Assembly: GCA_002633005.1 (NCBI GenBank)
Contig: NMRA01000198.1
Span: 497,282 to 561,281 of the forward strand
DNA from: Phoronis australis
Lineage: Eukaryota; Animalia; Phoronida
Length of the DNA stretch: 64,000 nt
Direction of reading: 5' to 3'
Both the position numbers and the translations under genes were made by a program. Below, in pieces: positions 1-11,300 of this stretch (its first letter is position 1; the number at the start of each line of letters is the position of its first letter). Below the pieces are notes generated by a model. That model saw only the letters and a program-made list of their open reading frames with translations, was not told the origin of the DNA and did not search any database.

Positions 1-1118
1 ACCAAATCTGACAGCTCATAGCTGAGCCTGAATTGGTCTTAGCAATACCAAAACTCAGTGAACCACTGAGTGAGGATTAAGCTAAGAGCAGTTTCATAAT
101 GGTAATGAGAGATTAGTTTTCTTGACAGAAGGCCGGTTTTTAGCAGCTTTTTGATGTCATAGAAGGATTGTGTGATCTGATCCCCTGTAGTCTTGTTTGA
201 TATTGAGTGACTGAATCTGCCATGTCCCAGGGGCATTCTATGAGCAATGAAAGGTTATTTCAGTCCAAGGTGAAGGGGATATAGTAATAGCATTAAAACT
301 CAAGAGGCTTTTCTCTAGGGAATTTGGCTAAACTTTCAAAAATACTTGATAACAGAGTGCTGTATCGCATATTGCAAGCATTTAGCGACTTGACTGTAAT
401 GTCCTGAATTTTGGGTCATTCTTAATTTTCAGGCATTCAAGTTTTTGCACAACTCCTACATTTTTCAGGTGATTTCAACCAAACTTTCAAAGAAAATACG
501 GCTACAAAATGCTGTGGGGCATGTTGCCTGCATTTTGAAATTCAGCTGTGTTTTCTTGAATTTTGGCATGTTCTCAAGAGTACATATTTGTTCACCAAAA
601 CATGCACCAAGGTCGCTTCAGGACTGGAAAATGTGCAACCTCAGTGTAAAATATGGGGACCAAGATCAACCCCAAGTGAAAACGTATGAATTAGAAATAC
701 AACTACTGAAACGAAGCATTTTTATTTGTCCAAAATGCTGTAGCTTAGGACAGCAGTGTTTTTCTAGTAATTAACAGTTGGGGGATCAAAGAAAGCTTCA
801 CTTTTGTTCTTGCCACTGTGAAAATTGCACCCTCTGTGCTTGATTTCCGCACATCGTTGTGGGGTAATGCTCTTCTGTGTGCAACTCCTGCAGAAGCTTT
901 GGCCGGGATATCGCTGTCTGCTACTGCTTGTCAAACAAAACAAAATCTGCATTTGGAAAAAATCGAATGCTTTTCTAGCATACCGCAGGACTGCTCATCA
1001 GTTTATGTTTGTTTGCATCAAACCGGTTGTTGTATGACGAGTAAATGAAGTAAAAATAAATCTAAATCCCATAGTAGACTTCTTGCTATCTGCTTGACCC
1101 TATGAGTATATTTTTCAG

Positions 1119-1264
1119 TGGCGGCGCTCAAGTTGAACGACCCCCTACAGGAGCTGTTTCTGGCTGACAATGGCCTCATGCCATCGGACGCCATCCAACT
1201 GGGCAACTTACTCAAGTTCAATCACAAGCTATATCTGCTTGATCTCAGGAATAACCATTTACAG
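1119..1264 (+). CDS. PPP1R37: PPP1R37/LRRC68-like LRR protein, internal exon (first visible)
   Basis: tttttcag|TG acceptor and CAG|gtaggt donor. Encodes AALKLNDPLQELFLADNGLMPSDAIQLGNLLKFNHKLYLLDLRNNHLQ, RI-type LRRs resembling PPP1R37. Confidence 0.8.
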
Positions 1265-1775
1265 GTAGGTCAAGGTGTCCACTACTTTGACATTAACCTT
1301 TAGTTGTAGATGAATAGTAATGGTGGAAGGAGATTATGTTCCATTTGTTTTTTGCGTAATAAGTTAACGTGATACCGGGGCACTCTGTTGACAACCGAGT
1401 CAAAAAATTACGCGGAGGTCTTGGAAATCATTTCCAGCGGATACCCTCGTTTGTTTGATGGAGTTATTATTTATCAGAATGATGATTTATTTTCTTTAGT
1501 GATAATGCCAACTTACAGGGAGGCTAATAATGGTTTTAATTTCTTTTGTTAATTCATATCTATCTCCAAACCATTCCTGAATTTTCCCATTACAGTGATC
1601 CTGGTTGGGCTGTCCCAAACTGTTCAAAGTCGAATCTATGAATGAAGTAGTATTTCTAAGGCAAAAATGAGAAAAGCTAAACTTCAGGAGCATATCATTG
1701 TCTGAATTGTTCAAAGTTAACTGATGGTTTCTACCATTTTCATGGCTGAGACTGGCATACATTTAACACTTAGTC

Positions 1776-1925
1776 CTGCCTCCCGTTTAGTAACGCTAGG
1801 ACCTCTCTAAAAAGCAAGACTTCGCGAGATTACGCGAGATATTGCCGTGCATTTTAAATGAGAACACGTGACTTTGACTAGGTTTTAGCTAGGTCCTAGC
1901 GTCTACTGAACGTACGCCCGGTCTC
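1776..1925. mobile_element. ~150-bp interspersed MITE-like repeat, copy 1
   Basis: Near-identical to 26206-26366; subterminal inverted repeat CGTTYAGTAACGCTAGGACCT / AGGTCCTAGCGTCTACTGAACG. Confidence 0.8.
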
Positions 1926-2511
1926 CTCCATTAGAAAAAGTGAAGTGTGAACCTCAGCAGCAATGGTAATATACCACTCATCTATTTACTTAGTGCTTTA
2001 CTCTATTGCACTGTATTACAATGCAATGAGATACAACCTTGTGTTGTGCAATTTGCAAATTATGAGGCATGGAATACATTCCAATAATGGCTACTTATTT
2101 AAAAGGATACTTAACCTGGTTCTGGCCAGTTAACAGTTATTAGCTATAAACGACTTTCCCACCCAACTGTCTTAAATAAAACAATGGTCTGTAACCTTCC
2201 ACAACCCTCAAAAGTGTGGAGCAAATTTTGAAAACTTTGTTACAAAGTTGGCTAAACGGGCAAGCATGACCTACGCTTTAGGCGAAATAACGACAACTTA
2301 TGGAAAAGGCCACCCACCAAGAACCACTCAGCTGGTATGGCAATGGTGCATGAACAGGGCACAGGATGAGGATTGATTGAAGTTGGCATAACAGGGTTAA
2401 ATATCCTTTTAAGGAAAAGAAATTGGCACTTACTAACAATCCGAAAACATCTGAATGGTGAGATTTGAAGCTGTCAATCATGTGCTAATAAATCCTTGTA
2501 TTCGTCTGCAG

Positions 2512-2637
2512 GACGTTGGCCTATCTCACTTGTGCGACGGACTGTTTGAACAGAACCTTGACACGGGTCTCAATACCTTAGTGCTGTGGAACAATCAGAT
2601 CACCTTTCAGGGCATGACCTCACTGGCCAGGGCATTG
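2512..2637 (+). CDS. PPP1R37: PPP1R37-like exon
   Basis: ctgcag|GAC ... TTG|gtaagg; 126 nt, phase 0-0; DVGLSHLCDGLFEQNLDTGLNTLVLWNNQITFQGMTSLARAL. Confidence 0.8.
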
Positions 2638-2768
2638 GTAAGGGGTTAGGCATAGGAGGATTGATTTGGTTGCTCGTAGTTCACCAGAGAAGGCACAGGT
2701 TGTAAGGGGTTAGGTATTGGAAGATTGATTTGGTTGCTTGTAGTTCACCAGAGAAGGCATAGGTTGTT
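2638..2768. repeat. 64-bp tandem duplication beginning at a splice donor
   Basis: GTAAGGGGTTAGG...GTAGTTCACCAGAGAAGGCAYAGGTT at 2638 and 2702. Confidence 0.88.
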
Positions 2769-3695
2769 CAGTAGTTTTCAACAAATCTGACAGATGTTTT
2801 TACTTTGAAAGACTTCAAAATTTTGTTGCAGAAAATTTGGTTGGTTTGCAATTTAGTTAGAACTGTTATTTTTGTTCTGGTTACTTTCTTGTTTTTGCCA
2901 TATTGCTGGCAAAGTTGTGAAAATAAAGTAATACTGTATAGCACCTGATGTTAACCTTCTTAATTGCTGAACAACATAAAGATGTCTGTTTTTAATTTTT
3001 TATATTTATATTTATATTTTAGTTAATTATCTCGTCTTAATTTCTTTATCTTCTATTTATCATATTTTATTTTTATTTTGCTTCATCAGTCTTTCCGTGT
3101 TAATTTCTTATTCTTGCTTATTACTTAAATTTGTCTTTCATTTTGTAATTCTGTTTTTGTCTTACTATCTGTTTATTTTTTACTGAGGGCCCCCATGGAA
3201 AGCAGTGTGAACTGATGGGGCTACCCTCATTGAAAATATTACATTAATAAATAAATAGTTCATTTCATACAACATTAAATTCCACAAAGTCACAGCCAAT
3301 AGCAAACATCTGACATTCAATTCTTTATCATTATGAAAGCACAAAAGTGACTTTCCCTTGGCCCAGTTTCTAATTCTGGCGTGCAAGAGGGACCAAGTTC
3401 AAAAAGATTGCATGCAATTTCTTTTATTCACAAACATTTTTCAAATGTTATAAGTAAGAACTGTTTGTCTTCTTACACACCATATGTTGGTCAAATCACG
3501 GGAACTAGTTAAATCTGAAAAGACGTAGTTACATTTCGTGTGATGTAACCAACATATGGCTTGTAAGAAGACTAATAATTCTTATACCATATCAATGCTC
3601 AGATTTATGACAATTATATACATTTTTGGATATTCAACTTTTGCAATCAAATCAGAGAGTAGGTAGCTTAAGTATGTGTACACTGTGCCCCCTAG

Positions 3696-3837
3696 TGTTC
3701 TACCAAGAGTCTACAAACGCTGAACCTAGGACACAACCACATCACCAATGAAGGTGTGTTTAAACTCAAGGACGGGCTGCTGGGCAACGCCTCACTGCTG
3801 AGGATAGGCTTGCAGGGCTGCCGTTTGTCTTGCGAAG
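3696..3837 (+). CDS. PPP1R37: PPP1R37-like exon (not in ORF track)
   Basis: ccctag|TGT ... GAAG|gtatgg; CSTKSLQTLNLGHNHITNEGVFKLKDGLLGNASLLRIGLQGCRLSCE; LRR pattern. Confidence 0.8.
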
Positions 3838-4774
3838 GTATGGTAGACTCTGGCAAACTGTGGAATAGATAAAGTTTTACCTTCACTTCATTGGTAAATT
3901 TGTGAGAAGCTGTGACACTGGTACAGTCTGTCTATGCTATATTATGTCGGCAGTTGCAACTGTTGTATAGGGATGGAAAGTGATTATGTCAGACCCCTAC
4001 CAAGTACTCTAAATTGCACACAGACAATATGGTGGTGGCCCATTCCCTTGTACTCGCACATTTCTTCAAAGCAACAAAATTCAACAAGACTAATTTTTTA
4101 AAGCCTGAAACTTGTGTCAAAGCATCTGTGAACAATAGGGATTAACATATTGATCACGTGTTATGAAAGAGAGTTTAACGGGCAATTTTCCATTTACAAC
4201 TTTTAACGTGATGTAATTTCCCATAGATAAGTGGCAAGGATTAGAACCAAGATGGTGAAATGTCTTTGACTAACCCAATGAGGTGATGATGAACTTGTCG
4301 TCCCTATTAGCTTTGAAAATTGTCTTTAATTGTGAAGTTGTATGATTAAAAATTGGAATATGAAGTTTCAAGTGTATTTTAGATTAATCTGGCAAAACTG
4401 TCCAATCTGTTTCAGGTTATAACCCTGGAATTTTAAACCAAGTTTCTATTTTCTTGTTAAAATTACAACTCTGGAATAATGAAGGAAGTAGACTGCTCTT
4501 GGTCTAGTAAACATGTACTGGACACAATGCCTGGTCCAGTCACATGTCATATTGTAAAGAGAAACGTTTTTTAGTCTGCCTGTTTTGTCAGCATTTTCTA
4601 ATCAACTGGTGACGTTATCATTTTGAAATCTGTCTGCTGTTGAAAACCATGAGCGTCTTATTCCGGCTGTTTGAAGCGTTATGCCATTGCATTCATTAAA
4701 GACTGTAAATTGTCTGAGATTAGTACTTCGACATCTAGTCACTGTCTTCTGTCATTCACTTGATTTGACTTCAG

Positions 4775-4941
4775 CTGCCATCGCCTTGGCCGAGTTCATA
4801 GCAGATAGTCAGCGACTGCTAAGGATTGATTTACGAGACAATGACATCAAAACAGCAGGTCTGATGGCCCTGGCCCAGGGCCTTCGCCACAGCAAGACAA
4901 TGACTCGTCTCGACTTAGATAAAAATGCTAAAAAGGAGAAC
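4775..4941 (+). CDS. PPP1R37: PPP1R37-like exon
   Basis: ttcag|CT ... AAC|gtaagt; AAIALAEFIADSQRLLRIDLRDNDIKTAGLMALAQGLRHSKTMTRLDLDKNAKKEN; phase 1 to 0 fits neighbours. Confidence 0.82.
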
Positions 4942-5412
4942 GTAAGTTTGAAGTCAAGCAAGGATTTTCGTGCAGCGTGTTTGTTACCATGGTTTTGTCC
5001 GTGACAGTCTTGCTAAATGTCTTAATTTGAAGATTGGCATATATCGTTGTGTACTATTTCAAGAGAAAAGTTGCTCAAATTCCAGCTTTCTAAACTTCTG
5101 AATAGCCTGTCCATTCTATTGCTCTTTGTGGTTTGAATTTGCCTTTACTGCATCCTGACACGTTGAAGTGTACGAGCAGGGACATTACTGGTATTTTGAA
5201 ATAGAGGCTTATGAGGGAAGGTTTTTCCTCCAACTTTTTCTCTTTGATGATCGACCATCCCTGTGCATAAATCTGTGTAAATCAGTCCCTTATGTCTTAG
5301 TACAAATACGACTCGTGCAAAGTGGTTGCTGAACAGTTCTGTGACCGGTAAGGTTCATCATGGGACGAGCTAAATGATTAGTGATACCTTGACAACTTTG
5401 TTAAGAAACTCA

Positions 5413-5529
5413 GCAGTAGTCACTTATTGGGGTCCCACATTTTGAAAACCAGTTTGTTACCCGTTATTCAGTGGAAAAAAAACTGGTGACTGGTCCTCAA
5501 ATTGGGAGACCCCTGTGAGTGACTATTGC
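5413..5529. repeat. Short palindromic interspersed repeat (relatives at ~19130-19193 and ~47186-47271)
   Basis: GCAGTAGTCACT..GGGGTCCC..AACCAGT / ACTGGT..GAGACCCC..AGTGACTATTGC around a central CCCRTTATTCWGTGG. Confidence 0.65.
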
Positions 5530-5747
5530 GGGAAACTCTATGACCGGAACAATGATGATTACGTCATTAATATCATAGAAAAACTGTCAAGGTATCGTTA
5601 ATGTTGTGTTGTGATATTTGAAGTTCTACAAGGCAAAAGTATATTAGTTCACCAGGACGTGTTGAATTTCTTCTCACGATATCAGTAATTGTTCTTTTCC
5701 CACGTGGGTCATAAAGGAATATTAAGTCATCTTCTGTCATTCTGCAG

Positions 5748-7287
5748 GGTGTCAAGGATTATGCCGAGCAACAGAGAACAATGCAGAGTGAAATATATGC
5801 CGTCTTGGAAAGGAATCGACTGGGTGTGCTTAACAAACCGGGGGTGTCTGACAAAAGCCAGCCAGGCAATCTTCCGAAGGTGGCAGACATTCCACCAGAG
5901 GTGCTAGCTGAAACTGCAAGTGCTGTGAAAGTTGTTCCAGAGGAGGCAGCACCATCTGACAGAGATGCTGCCCACCAGCAACTGCATTTGTCGATTCCTC
6001 CGTTGTACTGTCCACAGTCGACACTCGAGTCTCCGGCGTGTGATTTGGCATCTCCACCAAGTTATCCAGAGTTAGCTGCCGACAGTCCAGAGATTCAGAC
6101 TTTCCCAAAGAGTGCCATACCAGATCCCCCGAAAGTGCCGCCGCCTCCGCCATTTCCGCAAAAGAAACGCAAGTTATTCACAGTCAAACGTGTCACGCTG
6201 CCGTCTTCGGAGAACTCCAGCGGCGGTGATGGTAAAGAGAAGTCGTTGATTGACCATATTGTGCAGTTCTCTAGCTCTCGCCAAAAAGTGACCATCGTAA
6301 AGAACAACGAGGAGGATGTGGAGAAAACCCCCAATTTGCAGACTGCTCCAACAGCATCAAATGAAACGCCAGAGGTTAATGACTCAGTTCATAGCAATGT
6401 GGATAACCATGCAGATGTCACGGAGCAGATTATGGCTCCTTCAAACTTTGAAAATGGTGCTATCAGTGGTAAGGCTTGTGTGGAGGGGCAGACCATGCCA
6501 ACGGTGACTGAGAGTGTAATTCCATTAGACACTGACCTTGAGAATTGTGCTTGGAACTCTGCTGGACAGAGCGACTCGACTTGTGATGAGGTAGCTAATG
6601 CACTTTGTGTTCACTGTGATACGACGAAGTCAAATATTTCCGAAAGTCCAGACTCAGGTTTTCAAGAGGAGGCAGAGTGCAATGCTGTATTGAACACGAC
6701 AGATACATTAAGAGAGAGCGTCCGGATGTATGTTGAAGGAATCTTGGAAACCGCGTTAGCTAAATTCCAAAATGAGTCTAAGCTCAGTGATAGTCCATTA
6801 GATGAGTCCAAAGTAAGACTACAGTATGTAGATTCTGGCACACTAAATATAAGTGATAGTGATGCTGCCAGATCTGGTGTGTCGAATGTCAATGAGCCTA
6901 TCTTGACTGTTGAGGAAAGTCAATCATCTGTAACTCAAGGTCACTCGATTGTGACTCGTGGTCACTCGAGCGTGCAGATTTTACAAGTGAATGGTGATTT
7001 ATCAAGTGACAATGTAGCACAAATTATTCCAAAGTTATCTAGTCCAAGTGATCATTCACCAGAACCAAATATTACCCTAGCACCAAATGTGATAAGTAAT
7101 GTAAGCCTAGACTTGGAACCAGGCAGGAGTTTTAACGAGACTTCGTCATTGGATAGCACGGAGCTACCAGACACAATGGATATTGAAAACACAAACAGTT
7201 CTGTTGAAGTCCCGGAATTTCACAGTGATCTATCGCTGCTCAACATGACAGAGGAACTGGAACATGCAATGGAGAGCCCTGGAACAG
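5748..7287 (+). CDS. PPP1R37: PPP1R37-like large exon: end of LRR region plus long acidic Ser/Pro-rich low-complexity tail
   Basis: ctgcag|GGT GTC AAG GAT is in frame with the 507-aa ORF 5781..7304. Donor ACAG|gtctgt after 7287; reading through it would stop at 7304. Confidence 0.75.
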
Positions 7288-7531
7288 GTCTGTTGGGTTT
7301 TTAAAGGTCAAAGCGATCATTGGTGTAAACTGGCATTCACAGAACTTATAGTTTGTTTAATCTTGTGCACGTAGAAAGTGCTGCCTCTTGAGTTAATATT
7401 GTGAACTAGACTTGTATGCTTCTCGCCGTTGTTTAAGTTTTGGGGAAATGACACTGAGTTATCCATTATTAATTCTTGCTAATTTGCAACTCGTACTTGC
7501 CTACTTCATCTGGGAATTTTTTTATTTCCAG

Positions 7532-7629
7532 AGCGAATGAATTTGAGTGAGGCAGACGAGTTTGAGAGAGAGCTGGACGAGATGCTGGCCTCAGTCAAGT
7601 CAGGGGTGCTTCTTCCTCAACTGCAGTGA
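7532..7629 (+). CDS. PPP1R37: PPP1R37-like last coding exon
   Basis: tttatttccag|AG in phase 1; ERMNLSEADEFERELDEMLASVKSGVLLPQLQ*; followed 12 nt after the stop by G|gtgagt. Confidence 0.7.
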
Positions 7630-7641
7630 AAACTACTTTAG

Positions 7642-8300
7642 GTGAGTCTGTCTCAATGTACTAAGTCCGTCTAGTTTGTGGTCATGGAACCAGTCTGCTT
7701 TCAGCTAAACTCCATCTAGTATCTGGCCATGCAACCATTTTATTTCCAGACGTGTTACTTTTGACACAAAAATGACTTACTTTTATTTTGTTGAGTCTTC
7801 ATTAACTAAGATTTGTCCATAATTGTCAAGCAGCTTGGAAATCATTTCTGATCTTTAGTGTAAAGCACAAATTGGTATTTTATAGTGGTAATTTGTGAAG
7901 TCCAAAAGTCGGCATTTTCGACTTGAAAAATGGGTAGCTTTGTTTTTACTTCAGTTACCAAGGATGCCCATGTTAGTCTATCAAAGGGTTCTGTTCTCAA
8001 AGAGACGTTGGCGTTTGTCTTTTAACTTCAGCCAAAATTCATTAATCTGACTGCGTTTATTTTTTTGCTTTTCTCGAAATGTTCTGTCTTTTGTCTAGTT
8101 GAACGGACTACAGGTTTTTGTCTTTGACTTCCAGTTGTAGACTGATTTTCTTGAAACAGACTAAGTCTAACTTTTAGCTTAAAGTAAAGACAATGGACTC
8201 TTAAAAAAACAGGCCCAGGGCTTTTGTATTTGACCAGTTACAGTTATTGTGAATGTTGTGAATCATGCGACCTCATTTTGAGTTATTGCGTTTTTTGCAG
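7642..8300 (+). other. Probable 3' UTR intron of the PPP1R37-like gene
   Basis: Consensus donor TAG|gtgagt 12 nt after the stop and acceptor ttttttgcag| at 8300. Confidence 0.55.
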
Positions 8301-11300
8301 GTAATGGAGAGTACACTGAAGAGTCTGCTTGCATTACAGACGTATCACTCAGTTCGATGATCATCGTCACATGACCGTTGACTTTTGTCTCTGTAACCTA
8401 GATGGTGCTTGTCTTGAAATAGTAGTCTTTTGCTAATATTCTATTCACGGAGTATGTCATCGGAATAACGTTAGTAATAATGTAACGCGTTTTTAATGAG
8501 TGTCAGCTTGACCAGTAATTTGTTTGAATGAAGATGTAAAAATTTTGGTAAAGAAAAAACATCACATTCCGTGTCATTGCTTTCTTCATAAATTTCATCA
8601 AAGAGATACTTTTTCTTCTGAAAAACGTGCAAAGATCTCGGAATTTGACACCTTCTTTCATCTCTAGGTCAATTTTTTGCCCATAAAATGACGTCCAAGT
8701 TGTGATGTGGCCGTGTTTGTCACAGATTTGTTTTAATTTTGAAATATTAAGTGATTTAAGCTTGTCTTTGAAAAGGAATTTAAATCTTGTTACTCGTGTG
8801 TTGTCAGCAGGCATTATTGTATAGAACTGCCTTTGCGACCTTTCTAAACTTGTTCCAAAGTTCACTTACAAAATCAAAGTTGACCGACTATCTTTAAATC
8901 AGTATGCCAGAAATCATGAAGATATACCTAATGAAGGTTCCCTGCGCAGAAGAAAATGGGTAAACCGTCATGGCTTCTTCGTAGTTAATTTTAGTCCTGA
9001 CAACACATCTGGAAATGTTATTGGGCAACAGTGGGTTATGTATTGTAGGATTCAACTGTCCAGGGTGTGCACCAGTCTTGTCAGGACAAGTTATTATTAA
9101 TACCCCGACACGACTAAACCTGTAACACTCTGCATTAAAATACACCACTTTTGGTAATATTTTGAGCATAAGCAGCAATGTAACGAAGCTTTAGGAATAA
9201 AAGCAAGGGGATAACCTTGGCTGGCACTTATTTTTGTCTCAACTTCAGCAATTTTTACTTATAATGACTTTCGATGTGTTGTGATGTCAATGGAGTGGTG
9301 TATCACATTTTGTGCTATTGTTATGAATGGGGGGAAGGCATGTATGTTAGTGCCTGAAAGTCATTATGCTTCGATTTCGTAAAATTACTGCCAGTGAATT
9401 TTAGTTTATTGCGTTGTTTTCAGCAATAACCATGTGTCTGCTCTTCCTAATTCCACAGCTCACTGCTAGTCTGAGAAAGATGCAAATTTACACCAACTTT
9501 ATTGAAATGAGTGGTCTAATGAAGTAAAAGTTGATCAAAGGGTCAGAAGTTAAGTCATTCAATTTGATGTTTCAGTTTTATTCACTCAAATAAGTAGTCC
9601 ACTACACAATGTTTCTGTTGACAAGTTCACAGACATGAGTGCGCTTTTGCTGTATTTGGCAGTAGTTTTCGTAGGAAAATGACCAAGATCTTCCATGCAC
9701 TACTGTGGTTAATCTTCTGCTTTCTTGAGTTCTAATGAAATTTACCATTTTTGGAGAACTAAATGTGTATGACACTGTGACAATAAGGCCTAAAAACAAA
9801 CATTTGGTTCAAGTCTGCTGCTGCATCATTTGTGAACTTGTTCATCATTGCTTAAAACGGCTTGTTCACATTATTTATTGCCAAAATTTTTGCTAACCAA
9901 AAGGTTCAAAAATGCTTCCATCTTATTTTTAGGACTATGAATGAGTGGCACCAAAATGTGCGAGCTTCCAAAACCGTAGACTGGAACCAAATATGCTTTT
10001 TTGCCTGATTACGAGTCGCATGCAGGTGTATTGACTAGTCTATTTTTTCTGACTGAATTTTCAAGGTATTTTCAAATTGATGGTTTACAATTCCACCTGT
10101 GCTGTTGTTAAACAGTCTCGGGAATCGATGGGTTGCCAAAAAGTCAAATTTTTAGCTTCTGCTTGTAACTTAAAATGAAGGAAATCATGGAAAACTGAAT
10201 GTCCCTTGTGTCAACGCATTAACTTTTTAGGTACGTCATTGAACAACTATGCAAACTTTGCATTGTTCACACATAATAGCATCGCATCAGTTTTTTTCCC
10301 TGCAGTTTATACCAATATCACGAAACACTGAAGTCTGTATTAAGGTGTTGTTTGACCCTAGGAAAAGGCACAAATTTGGCTAACTTTGAAACATTTTATC
10401 TCAGAGAAATAGCTGATCGGATTCATATGAGACTTTCAGATACTATGACTCATGCATTGTTCTTCAAAATGCTTTTGCGAATTGCTTTTAAAAATTTCCG
10501 TGTTAGCATGAGCCAAAATAGGACTTTTTGGAAAAGTGAAAAGTTGTATAAAATGTTTAACAAAATTACACTGTAGCTACAGAAAACTAAAAGCATTTTT
10601 GAGATTTTGTATTAAATATTAGTATCTGATGGATTTTGGTCATATTATTGAAACTTGCTTTGGTCTGAATGTACCTTTTTGCTAAATTTTACATGTGACC
10701 CAATTCATGAAGAGTTACTCAAGTCAGAAATTGTGTCTTAAGCTCTCACTTAATCACCACTGAATAACTTTCCAGTGTTATTTAGTACATCGCATTTTAG
10801 AAATAAGTTGTCCAAATTGTTTGAGCAATTAACAAATATGGGAAAATTTTCATCTTGCTGGAGATGTTGTGTGTACTACTATAAGAGACTTGTGACTGAG
10901 GTCCAAGAGCACCTTTCGTGAAACAGATCCCTGTGTTATGTAGACACATGATGATACCCAGTTAAAATTTGGAATGCTGGATGCAATGCTATTGGATAAT
11001 TTGTGTGGGTGCTTATTGGTTGGAACGTGGATTTGCATGAAGTTGCTGCAATAATGTATACTACAGAAGGCCAGACTGAGTTGTAGCAGAAGTGATATCT
11101 ATGTGCTAGAGTACTGTGCTGTAAATTTATCCACTGAAAGTGGATGTGTTATATTTTGTTATTCCGTTTCCAAACTAAAATATAGGGTACTCTTGTTATA
11201 TTTAATGTATATAGACGAATTAGAATTTTGCGGAGATGGTGATGTAAAAATATAATTATTTAATAGTCTGCGTTTGCTTTTGATGTCTCCCCACTTAACT

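Noticed and set aside
8503-9178. Minus-strand ORFs of 120 and 94 aa
   Set aside because: They lie antisense to the probable PPP1R37 3' UTR, with AT-driven composition and no domain
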